Shown: positions 1-12,677 of the stretch, piece after piece | Layout of the letters: each line of letters opens with the position of its first letter | Position numbering within the stretch: the stretch's first letter is position 1 | DNA from: Mizuhopecten yessoensis | Taxonomy: Eukaryota | Direction: 5' to 3' | DNA length: 64,000 bases | Assembly (NCBI RefSeq): GCF_002113885.1 | Contig: NW_018404492.1 | Coordinates: 7,111,255-7,175,254 of the forward strand | Notes under the pieces: generated by a model | The model's database searches: none | What the model saw: only the letters and a program-made list of their open reading frames with translations | Told to the model about the DNA's origin: nothing | Made by a program: the position numbers and the translations under genes

Positions 1-767
1 TCGCTTATAATGTCAGAAGGGCAGTAAGGGGAGGTAACTCCAATAAAAAATGAATAAAATGGCTATACCAAATTATCTGCTGCACTGGCGGATGGTAGCA
101 CAAGTTAATGAATTTTGTTAAGATGTAACATTAAAGAAAATATCATTAACGTCCATATCGTACTGTCTGTTAATAGCTAATACATTAATGAAATGAGCAA
201 TAGTCTTTAAAAACTACGGGTCAAGGCACTAGAACCGTGGCACTCCCTTTCATAGAATGTCAGCAAAGATGTGCTCCGAACAGCAGAACGTGACGACCGG
301 GTTCCGAAGGGAATAGGATAGTCATATGAAAAGTTCATATTAGTGACAATGACTTTATTATATAAGACTGTCCTCCTACTATCGCTAAACTATACTGACA
401 AACACATTTTCAAACTCAATTTTATATCAGAACTCCAGACCCAAGACTTTGGCATTTAACTTTTCTGAATAAAACCCGCACATCCATTACATTGAAATTT
501 TAAAGACAAACGGAAATTGAAAACGCATTTGATACCCCGTTCGTCAGTGAGCGAAATGTGTGTTACAACCAGTTCTGATATGGACAGCGCCCATTGACAA
601 CGCTTGGTCAATTTATCTGACCATAAATGTTACCGGTGGGAGCTCTTTTCGTAAACATTGAAACTAGGACGTATATATGAACTACTTTATATACAGGAAT
701 TTATGAGCAATGAATTATTGATGCATTACATCAATTAAACCCATGGAATTGTCAGTAACTGACTTCA

Positions 768-1390
768 TTTATTACATTTTTGCCAGTGAAATATCGGATT
801 CTATCAACTTGATATAATTGATATCTTTCACACTGTGACAAATATCAAAAGTGATATTTTCACAGTGGGAAAATATCACTTTTTAGTATTGACCAATCCT
901 AGCGGTATCTTCCATTCGCCGCATTCAAAGGGAACAGATTCACATGAAGTGACGGTAAAATAATTGGTTGTTATGGTAAATGTTCGGTACACAGACTTAA
1001 GTATTTACATATATATACCAGTATTGACATTTTCATAAGCAATCATATCAGAAAATAGCTAAAAAACGTCGAAATTGCGTTGAGAATGCCACTCAAAATT
1101 GGGCGCAGCCTTGTTGTCAAGCGTGACGTCATTATAATATGGCGCTAATAATTTCGCTTCTGATTTCCGCTCCTTTTTAATGCATTAGATTTTTCATGTT
1201 TTATGCTTTAGAAGTGTAATAAATAGAAAATTCAATGGTGTCTTCAGTAATAACAAATATATTTCACCGATGTCGCTAATAATTTGATATTTTTCACTCG
1301 TGCTGCGTACTCGCGGAAAATATCAAAATATTAGCCACACTCGTGAAATATATCTGTTATTACTGAAGACACCATTAAATATCCTCTATA
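768..1390. mobile_element. Non-autonomous hairpin-ended element (Crypton-like architecture)
   Basis: Short IR tttattaca (768) / tgtaataaa (~1215), then a ~165-bp imperfect palindrome 1223-1389 centred on CTCG-tgctgcgta-CTCG. Confidence 0.6.
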
Positions 1391-4300
1391 TATTGATTTT
1401 AAAAAAATGTAACAAAATACCTTACGTACATGTATATGCACCTTGGTGTGTTTACAGTTCTCCGAAAGGTCAGTTGATAAAACGATATTTACATTGGTGA
1501 CACTCTATTCAATATAGATTATTTCAGTTATTTAATCGAAACATTCTTTTTCAATAGTGTCGACCCATAGTATTGACCATATGTAGGTACGTGCTACACT
1601 TCGTTTTAAATAGCCAGACAAATCCTGTGATGAAAACTGAGCTGACGGCCTGAGGAGCATTTTATAGTTCTGGTTTATGTACTCGACTCAGCACAAAAGT
1701 CCAGTACAGTCATCCTCTTTTATTACGTTCCCAAAATAAGTCTGTAGGCACGTTTGTTGTCGGGTTTGGTATTAGTCGTCAAGTTGGTATTAGCTATATT
1801 CGACATTCGCGTTTGACAACGTATCGCACGCGCCGGACAGACGCCGGGGCATTAGTTAGCCACACCAACGCACCAACTGTTGATACCCCAGGTTACCGTT
1901 CATTACAGTAAAATCCCAATCAGTGTGTGATGGCAGACACATTGACACTATCTTCAGGTTAAAGCACCGGTCATTGATACGGGGAAACTGACATTGTATC
2001 CAGGAACACAAAACTGATTTAGTGCCGTATAAAATAGCAGCTAATCGAATCTACCGCTGATATGAATATTTGTTATAATACAACAGCACTTCCCCCTATG
2101 ATAAATATCAAAAATACGTTTTTCTTGTTTCTAGATGAAAGTGAAATTTTATAATCAAATGAAACCATTCAAGTAATTCAATAAATGGAAAAGAACAATA
2201 ATGTAATTTTATCGCAGTATTTTATAGATTGGAACCCGATTTCTCGACATACGTGTATGGCCAATAGAGTTGCTCTATCAAATTGCGATCCCGTTAGTCA
2301 CAGCCATGGAGGCACGTCTTTAGAACAAGGCTAGCACGGAAAGGCGACCGCGATGAAAAGGAAAAATGGTTTAATAGACTAGAACACGTTTCAATGGGGT
2401 TGTAATTCACTTTTAAATATCCTGAATTTTGTGTTTCCCTTTCGTGACATTATTTAAATGTAAAAAAAAAAAAATGAAAAAAAAATGTATTAGGCTGGAT
2501 CACGATCGATATGGTTAAGCAGTATGTGGAGCTTGTGTACCTTCTGTTATGAAGATGAACGGAGCGTGTAATAACACAGGATATGCTGTGAGGCTTACCC
2601 CACCAATAATGGTACGGTAATACGGACACAAAGATGCAGGTAATTTGTGTAAATCACGACAAAGCGCTTGGTCTTCTGTCGATGTCTCTGTCAAAGTAAG
2701 GGAGATTTGTACACAATATCTGATATCGTACTGGGTCGATATAGAATGTTAAAAAAACACCTGAAAACACCATTTCGAAATAAAGTATGCACGTATTTAT
2801 ATACGAAGATACAATGTAAACCTATTGATTAGCTAAAACATGGTAACATACCTTAAAACCAACCAGATCATAGCTAAAAAAAGGAAATCGTAATATTGTT
2901 CAGCCATTTTGTTTTTACATCATCTTTGAAGCTGTAATTGCCCTGTATTTTTCGTTCGCACAAGGTACACACACCATGCACATATCGTGCGCATATCGTG
3001 CGCACAATGCACATCGTGTAACGTGCGATTCTGAAATATCCGTGCGCATCCAGCTTTCTCAACAAGTCTTGTGTACTGTTAAAATGGTTGTACTTAGGAG
3101 TACCCTATAATGAGTTTATTACGGCCAAAATTGTTAAAACTTGTGTTTCATATCTTTATTTTTTTATTTTTTGGCAAAACTGACTTGCTGTACAATGTTG
3201 CCTTATTTTTCATATCTTCTGTTTAGGAAACTCACGTTTACGACATTTAGAATTTGGAAACAACTGTACGCTTAACAAGTCTGTTAAAAATGTATAACAA
3301 TCTTAACAAAGTGTTTTAATTAGTATCGAAATTGTATGAACACATTTCTTTATCGAATATAATTGACTTTTATGTATGAACATTGTACCGGTATACAATT
3401 CTGTTGACCAAAACTTGGATTTTATTCACACAACTTTTCGTCTACAATTTTCGTTTAGCACGGTATCGACTAAATCTGTGATAAATAATTATGAAGAGAC
3501 AAACAATACTTTTCAATATTTAATCTTGTATTGACCGATACCTTGATAAATGAGCGCGTCATCCGCCCCTTCTCTTTAAAGATACGAATGTACGGGTACC
3601 AACACAATTTTTTTACCCGCCAAAGCCCGCTTAAATAGAATTGTAGAAATGTATCTCAACCAGTTAGTGTTAACGTGTGATGTTTCGATGACCAGTACAG
3701 TACATTTACAATTGTACTTACCCCTACCACCTTCATCAGAAAAATGACCAGTGAAGCCTATTTAAAAATTGTGTAAATCGACGGTATATTATATATTATA
3801 ACTTGAACAGCTTTGTTTGCCATATACTGGCATAGACATTGAAAAAAAATAATCACCGAGTACATGTTTTAACTGAAGTATATCAATATATGAACACAGT
3901 GATCCCTTTAATACATTTGTATATACGGCTAAATATATTGTTTCTGTATAGCAACAAACCCTATACATGCACAAACGCATCGCCCCGCTCCACGTTTTAA
4001 GGATGAAAATGTATCGGGTTATTGACGAAGCCATGATACATTAATACAATGTCCCCACAGCGTCCTCGGAACGAATAACGTTTGTAATTACCGACATAAC
4101 CTCTTATGGACAGGTCAAGACACAGACTGTCCACGCCTGACCACCTGTCGCCTACTGATCAATATGGTCAATATGGTCAATATGACCACTCTCGATTTTT
4201 ATTGGACTAGAACTCGTCAATCGAATAGTAGCAATCTCATGATTACTACGTTTATGAAAGGATGGTTAATCAATTATAGCAATACCCGATATCACAATTC

Positions 4301-7300
4301 GCACGTCGGAACAGGCCAAATTGTCTAATGCAGGTACTTACTCACAGTTCACAATAGTGTTGTATCGGTACACGTGTAAACTTCGATACAAGCAACAAAG
4401 GATGCAGCTGGTCATTAATTCCTTAAAACAACTTTTGTTTGGGAAGCCTTTTCCCGGACAATGGACGTTTGACCATTTCCATTATCAGCGGTAAAACGTT
4501 AAAACCCTCCCACAGACGAATACATAGAGGCAACCGTATCTTTAATCATACATTTGCCTATAAAACAGGTACTCTAGGCAGCAAATAGAGCAAGTAATCT
4601 GCCAGGAACAATTAATTCGAAAAATTGGAACCATTATAGGCCGAGCATTTCCAACGGACTTCTCATCGATATCATTGATTTTCCCCTAGCGTCCTAAAGG
4701 GGTGTTTTGTGTACTCCTCTTACCGAAGGGATCTAACAGCGGTGAAAGTGTACGCCATCATGTAGTAACTTAGGTACTTTATCTCTACTACCTCCGACAT
4801 TATACACTGTCAGCAAGCACGAAATCTATTTCAATTAGAAATATCTCCGCATCCTGTTTCAAATTTCATGAAATAGACTTTTGGGGTTTTGTTGTATCCA
4901 ATTTTGTTCCGATTTCTGTCGAATGATTGAATGGTTTCAAAGAATAAAACTTGTTTTTTTATTAAACGTCACTCACATTTTTCATTTGTCAAACAATGGT
5001 ATGTATTTGTTACACACAACCGGTCAGCTGTTAAATTCTCATTTCTACTCTTAGTGTGGAGTTCAATCTGTTATACGCAAAAATCAATCTTAAAATCAAA
5101 TCTTAAACGTTCTTTCCCAAATTTTTGGAGGAAGAGACGAGTGTTAAAACACATGGCGTCTATCGACTAGAGAAAACCAGTAAACTTGTCTTCGACATAT
5201 AACTCCTCGTAGATCGTAGACTGATCTACAAAAACATGTAGTCTTAAACATATATCTCAAATGTTTTCTTTATCAACAAAATGTCGCCCCGGATTACACT
5301 GTCTGTCACTGTATATAGAAAAATCCAGCTATCACCGACACACTGAGTGTACAACGTCTCCTGTAAGACTGGCTATAGCCGCTAACACGATCATGTGTAA
5401 AGCTTTCATCAATCTTGATATACATGTACATGTTGTATATATGCTATCCGTGTACCGTTCGGTCAGTGTTTTATGTAAAGTATGCAAGTTGATAGTCACT
5501 GAAATTAAAAAAAAAAAAAATGTCGTAAAAGCAGTGTCTTTCCGAATTGAATCATTGTAGATCTAAAAAACCCTCCCACCGACCAATCCCTTAGTATGTG
5601 AGATTCCATCTGTTACATACATGTAGAATGTAGGACATTTTGGTCAATGGTGTAAATGGCTTCTTGTTAAAAAATGTCACTGATGACATTTATATTGTTA
5701 ACAAGAAAACGAGGAGTTCATTGTAGGCCTACCTAATTACATGGACAATGTCTCCCTATGCCATGTATACTGAAACCGCCTTACGTGGCAGATTTTAATG
5801 TGTCTGAGTGTAACAAGTAAAATAGGCAAACGCACTTTTGCCGTATTGTGAAAGATCGATAATTAAAACTGTGGTAACTGAAGCAGATACCTTTACAAGT
5901 CCGACAAAGGCTTTATCTACAGTGGGATTATAACCATATTTGTAATTAATGCCCGTATTATCTCCAGTCACTAGTCTCACACAAAAACTAAAAAAAAGAA
6001 AAACTTAGATTATATCAAATATATGTTAAGTGGGAAGACGTGAAAGACCTGACGTGGACTACAGTTGTTTGTTTGGGGGTTTTGCCAGGCATTTCAATAT
6101 GTATAAGTGCAACGAAATGGCTCCAATCCCTCAAACAAACCCCCAAAGCTGAGTCTATGTGTTTCTTCAGGTGCCTAGCATCAGACGTCTGTGACAGTCC
6201 TGCAGTGGGATATAGCAAGCGAGATGTATTACGGAATATCGTTTTCTATCAGGCTATCGATGATGATCATACTCAATAGACTTGTCGACTTGTAGTGTGT
6301 CTCTAAGCTACCACGATAAGATGCAGATGATTTCTGTCTTGAAATGGCGTGTAGTGTAACCCTCTCTTCACCATATCAAACGTCTTATCAAGTACGGATT
6401 TATTGTGTGGAACATGAGAATGCTGCATTTACTTAGTAGAAAAGAAATAATCGAATTTTCAATTCATTCTTTCTATATACGTGTATAAAAAAAAGAGCGG
6501 TACTGTATTTTGTACGTCGATAATAAAGTATCGACGAGAATTAATTCTAATCCAAAGTAGAAAGTATGTCCACATTTATAGGACTAAGTTATCTAGCCTG
6601 TCTCATTCTCCATACCCACAATGAGCCACATCGATCGGAAGCCGGGGTGTATACGGCCTACACACGCACCCTCGTCATACTGAGAGCGACACGGTGCCTT
6701 TATTGGTCGTGGGAAGTCGTTCAAAAAAGATCTGACAACGCCAAGACTGTTGTAATCTGATTTCTCCCTGAACCTGCATAATACATTTAAAAGATGAAAA
6801 AGCTAAAACATTTGTTAAACCGTGAAAGGCCCCTCGTCTAGTTGGAAGCCCATTGAGCATATAACTCATAATGCACGTTAATACCAAACGAGTCATACAA
6901 CCCCCGAGAGTATTTGAATATTTTCTCAATTCGATTAAGCGGTTATGGGAACAAAGCTTTTGAGTCTCCTTGTAAGATTTGATAAAATTTCTGTTTATTT
7001 TGAAAAACTAAAACAGGCTTTATATATGCGTGGCCCATTGATCCCAACAGACACTGGAAATTCACGGGTTTACTAAATTAGTGTTTATCTCCAGCTAGCG
7101 CAGTAGCAGTCCCCCTTGTAATTGTTGACTTACTTCTACGGCAAATGAATCGAACCAACTGGCCCCCGAAGCAGAATCACGTGCAACAGCGGCCGGTAAT
7201 AATGGCCTCTGGCTAGTGAGGCCACTTTGGTCCAATTTCACTACAGAACGGATGGTTGTTAAGTATATAAATACACACCAACAGTACACCCAATCAATCC

Positions 7301-7907
7301 AAACCTCGCTATTCTATTCTAAAATGACATTATCAGAAATTACCGTTATTGTGAGCAGCAGAAGGCATCAAGATTGGATAAAGATGAAAAGTGATTTCCC
7401 TAACGATGCAAATGCTGTTTCATGGAGAATCTCCATCTAGGAAAAATGAAGGCCACGGGACATATGAATGACTGTTTTAGGTTTGACATTAGCGACGTGT
7501 ATTTATGTGATCTTTGTAAAACACCCGCTCGTTAATATGCTTTTTCATAACCATGTGAACATCCTATTTTACGAAAAACTCCAATCCCTTGACAGACGCA
7601 CCATCATAAGCTTGTGGAAGAACAAATGTCTCAAAGTCCTAATCGAGTTTCTGTGATCGGTTCTACCCTTTAATGAACATGAGGGTCGGCGTTTTGACAT
7701 ATTGTACCTTGCAGTTTACACAATTCATGTCACATAATGTCCTGCTGTAATATACTCTGAATCAAATTTGATGCTGATCTAATATGCTGCATTCTTACGT
7801 TTTATATAACAAAATGCCCCCCCCNTTAGGCATGCGTTAGTAAGTACATGTGCAATTGGACAGTTAAGACTTTTTCTTTTTCTTTGTATTTGTGACAGCT
7901 GTCATTG

Positions 7908-8540
7908 AGTCTCTGACTATCTTAACGATGAACATTGTATACATGTACATTGCTTTAATGAGTCGTTTGTATTAATGAAAGCTATCATTTAGTCTCTGAC
8001 TATTATAACAATTGATAGTTTACACATTGCTTTAATGAGTCGTTTGTACTAATGAAAGCTATCATTTAGTCTCTAACTATTATAACAATTGATAGTTTAC
8101 ACATTGGTTTAATGAGTCGTTTGTACTAATGAAAGCTATCATTTAGTCTCTGACTATCATAACAATTAATAGTGTACACATTGGTTTAATGAGCTTGTGT
8201 CACACCTATGTCTTAGTCCATTGCTATTTTTACAATTAACAGTGTACACGCTGGTTTGGTTTAATGAGCAGTGTGACGGCTTTCTATATAACATGACTAT
8301 ATTCACAATGAAAAGTGTACACTTTGGTTTAATGAGCAGTGTGACGGCTATGCTTTAGTCCGTTGCTATTTTCACAATGAAAGGGTGTCCACTTTGGTTT
8401 AATGAGCAGTGTGACGGCTTTCTATATTACACGACTATATTCACAATGAAAGGTGCCCACTTTGGTATGGTGAGCAGTGTGACGGCTATCTTTAGTGCAT
8501 GACTGTATTCACAATGAACAGCTAAAGTATTGGTTTAACG
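7908..8540. repeat. Compound minisatellite: 77-bp units (7908-8190) grading into related ~67-70-bp units (8190-8540)
   Basis: agtctctgactattataacaattgatagtttacacattgctttaatgagtcgtttgtactaatgaaagctatcattt repeats with period 77, followed by repeats of ttggtttaatgagcagtgtgacggct. Confidence 0.85.
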
Positions 8541-9902
8541 AGTCAATATCAGAAACTGTCACAAGTATCAACGAGCGCATTGTGTTGTAGGGATAACTAA
8601 TTTGATTAAGCGTAGTGTAGTCTACAGTACGACACTACGTGTAATTAACTTTCGCTCCTCATCATTGTATTCGCATTAAGATACTGTCTGAGATACTACA
8701 TGTAACTACATGTAATTACTGTAGACAGTGTACATGTCAAAGCACTGATAAGTGTTTTACCACGCCAGAGGACAATATCAACACAGTTTCCTATACTAAC
8801 GTTATCCAGGTAACGTCTGACACATAAACAGACTTTGCAACATGTTCAATGTTTGAGTAAATATTCTACAAATAAATAATCATAAATATTTTGATGAAAA
8901 ATCAACTTGTATTGCGGATTTCATTAGATGTCTTCTCAACATTTATTTGTCAGATATCGGGTTTTATGTAGTAAATGAAAGTGCGCAGAATGTGGCACGG
9001 GCAAAATTTCAAAAACATAACTTATTCCCTTCTCCCACTGAAAGTACATGTAATTAATGAGGTCAAGGACAAAATCCTTAAATAAGTAGTTTTCCTTTAC
9101 TCCAACAACGTAATTTAATGGAAATGACACTGAATTATAAGGTAAAGATTCCATTTACGAAAGGAATGTTCATGAAATATGGACCAGAACGTAATTAAGG
9201 AGTGAGCATATACATACAAATGTAGTTCTTATAGCTCAGATTAGTTACGGGAGAACGTTAATAGAGACTCGAAGGCACATATGGACAAATGTATTACTAG
9301 CGCACGTTAATAGGAAATCAACTAGTACGAATGTTCAACAAGAGGTACGTAAATGTGAATATTGGAAACCGATTTAACATTGTACATAAGCAGTAGTAAA
9401 ATACAACAAAAATAAATTTAGTATATGAACAGTATATTTTTTTATTTAAACGCGATCGGTCAAAAGATGCTACATTCTGTATGACTATGTCTGGAAGTAC
9501 ATGTATTTAACATACAATCGCAACCATGCATCTTGTTATTCTACTCACTATTTAGGTACATGCACAATGTAAGATGTACGTGATAATTTCGTTAATAAAA
9601 TTAATATTGATTCGTTATTTACTTCAATAATATTGCATCGAAAACAGATACTTATATTCGACCAATAGAACAAAATATGTATACATTGTATTTGTGCTAC
9701 GAGAAATCGAAGTGCGTTAATAGCGGAATAATATGCACGAATGTCTGTCTGCAATTCAGTGTGATTGATATCGAACTTGCATTTTATAGGCGTATTAAAC
9801 CGCACGAAGATATTACAGTAACGAGATGTGTTTCCATTCGAAATGATTCGTGCTAATATATATTCAATACGCATACCATGTAAGTGAGCTATACTCCATA
9901 CG

Positions 9903-11112
9903 TTGACAGTGAGATAATTTATATTACATGTTACATTGATAATGAGATAATCTGTGTTTACATTTAATGTTGATAGTGAGATAATCCGTAAGGACATGTT
10001 ATATTGATAGTAAGATAATCTGTGAGTGCATGTTGTGTTGAAAGTGAGATTATCCGTGTGTACATGCTATATTTATAGTCAAATAATCCCTGTTGACATG
10101 TTATGTTGATAGTGAGATAATCTGTAAGTGCATGTTGTGTTGAAAGTGAGATTGTCCGTGTGTGCATGCTATATTTATAGTCAAATAATCCCTATTTACA
10201 TGTTATATTGATAGTAAGATAATCTGTAAGTGCTTGTTGTGTTGAAAGTGAGATTGTCCGTGTGTACATGTTATATTGATAGTCAAATAATCCCTGTTTA
10301 ATTGTTATGTTGATAGTGAGATAATTTGTGAGTGCATGTTGTGTTGAAAGTGAGATTATCCTTGTGTACATGTTATATTGATAGTCAAATAATCCCTGTT
10401 TAATTGTTATGTTGATAGTGAGATAATTTGTGAGTGCATGTTGTGTTGAAAGTGAGATTATCCGTGTGTACATGTTATATTGATAGTCAAATAATCTGTT
10501 TACATGTTATGTTGATAGTGAGATAATCTGTGAGTGCATGTTGTGTTGAAAGTGAGATTATCCGTGTGTATATGTTATATTGATAGTCAAATAATCCCTG
10601 TTTACCTGTTATGTTGATAGTGAGATAATCTGTGAGTGCATGTTGTGTTGACAGTGAGATTATCCGTGTGTATATGTTATATTGATAGTCAAGTAATCCC
10701 TGTTTACCTGTTATGTTGATAGTGAGATAATCTGCGAGTGCATGTTGTGTTGAAAGTGAGATTGTCCGTGTGTACATGTTATATTGATAGTCAAATAATC
10801 CATGTTTAATTGTTATGTTGATAGTGAGATAATCTGTGAATGCATGTTGTGTTGAAAGTGAGATTATCCGTGTGTACATGCTATATTGATAGTCAAATAA
10901 TCTGTTCACCTGTTATGTTGATAGTGAGATAATCTGTGAATGCATGTTGTGTTGAAAGTGAGATTATCCGTGTGTACATGTTACATTGATAGTCAAATAA
11001 TCCCTGTTTACATGTGATATTGATAGTGAGATAATCCATATGTACATATTATGTTGATAGTGAAATAATCCCTGTGTACATGTTATGTTGATAGTAAAAT
11101 AATCCTTGTGTA
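9903..11112. repeat. Minisatellite with 102-bp higher-order unit (3 x 34-bp monomers), ~10 units
   Basis: Unit = atgttatattgatagtcaaataatccctgtttac + atgttatgttgatagtgagataatctgtgagtgc + atgttgtgttgaaagtgagattatccgtgtgtac. It explains the repeated 34-aa minus-strand ORFs. Confidence 0.95.
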
Positions 11113-11937
11113 CAAATCATCTATGTATAGTAGTATGTGGACATTAAGAAGTTGAATTACTGTAAACATATACAGGCTGAGTTTGTTATGTGCAAGAGAT
11201 AATCCATGTGTACATTTTGTAAATGCTGGTTTGCCAATAGGCGAGAGACAATCTTGAATGCTGCGATAAGGAGTAGAGCATCATTTTCTATGCAATACCC
11301 TAATGACAAGATATTACTAGAAGTAGGAGCGTGCAATTAGTACCGGAAACACATGTTGACATTCCAATAAACTAATTTGCAATAATTAGGACACGACCGC
11401 CGGTCTAGCTAATGTAGTGTACGATACCGCTAGTTAGGAAAACCAATTTCCAAATCGGACTTTCAGGAAACGATATATTGTATTCATTTTTTAAAAGTTC
11501 GAAAGGAAAGGAAAGATATTGTCAGAGCAGATGCGTTCCATTCTGCGTCTTATGTATACGCATATTTTACAACACCCACACTTGCACAGTTATGTAATTA
11601 AATCTGATATTTGAAGCCGATCCCGTAAAACAATAAGGAGGCAATACAAGGAAATCAGCGCGACCGCGACCAACAATCTCGATATCGGTTAATAAAAAAC
11701 TTGTATCCCCTCAAAACAATAAACATAAATTGCCCTTTTATTATTGGTGCATTACAAAAGGGACTTTTCCTTGATCTATAGAAAAAAAGATTAACCCATT
11801 TATGAAGACCAACTTTCTTGGTGCAGTGATAGCGAATGGGATGCTTGTGTTTGCTTTTTACATCTCTAGATTCTGTGCTGGTTGGACGACTAATTTCATT
11901 ATTATTTCAACAATATACAAACATATCCAAAGCTTAC

Positions 11938-12034
11938 AAGAGTTTCGAGTGATTAAGTGGAAGTGATGCCTCTCCTGCTCCCGGACTTCCAGCCGATTAC
12001 TGTCACACAAACGCGTCGCCATGCCGTATCGCAT
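11938..12034 (-). CDS. Possible alternative first coding exon (no signal peptide) of the same minus-strand gene
   Basis: MRYGMATRLCDSNRLEVREQERHHFHLITRNS+T ends at donor T|GTAAGC (11938|11937), phase 1 like the 32.3-kb exon. The second ATG is in GGCATGG context. A CpG-rich 5' region has Inr-like TCAGTT (~12469) and CACGTGACGT (~12420). Confidence 0.35.
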
Positions 12035-12611
12035 TGAGTCCTGTTCAATTCCAAACTGAGATCCGAAAGTGTCAGAACATGAACACTGGCAAATAAACAG
12101 ATAAATATCGCAGGGATTGATTGAAATATCTTAGATTCAGTAGTCAATTTGTTAGCGCTTAATAGCATGTTTGAGAAGCTTTATCGCGATCACAGAAGGT
12201 GGGATTTCTGACTTCACCCACCATCGATCAATGTACGGCCCGAATGTCGACTGTCAGACCCGCAATCTGCAAACGTGATGGATACATGCAGCTGACATCT
12301 CTATAACACACAGTTGCCTTTAATATCGTATCGTCATCGGAAGAGATTACCGGCTTACACACATATATGAGTCGACTGCTAGTCCACTGCCTGTGCATCC
12401 GGCCAGTGCGGTCAGTATGCACGTGACGTTAACGTTGTAGCGGTGTATCATTTTTGCGTGTCAACTGACTTCTCGATAACGTATTCGTATGCATGTACAT
12501 GTATCTGTGTGTTTACTGTATTCGTTTGTGTACGTGAATTTTCATGAGATCTGTTGACGAAGATAGACTCTATCCGTTTTTGAAAGCCCAGTTCAGACAA
12601 ATCAAATAAAG

Positions 12612-12677
12612 CACACGCAACATGAGTACTTCGTCATTGACACACACGCAACATGAGTACTTCGTCATTGGCACACG
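12612..12677. repeat. Short tandem duplication (cacacgcaacatgagtacttcgtcattg x2)
   Basis: Direct ~31-bp repeat visible in sequence. Confidence 0.8.

Noticed and set aside
2940-3055. Cluster of TGCRCA motifs resembling metal-response elements
   Set aside because: Only one full TGCRCNC site is present; a decayed short repeat or TE subterminus is a better explanation.
9548-10909. Minus-strand ORFs with 34-aa repeats (MYTRIISLSTQHALT…)
   Set aside because: By-product of the 102-bp tandem unit; broken by stops and frameshifts, with no splice or domain evidence.
9903-11112. CRISPR-like repeat-spacer appearance
   Set aside because: Intervening sequences are themselves repeated monomers rather than unique spacers; the context is eukaryotic and there are no cas genes.
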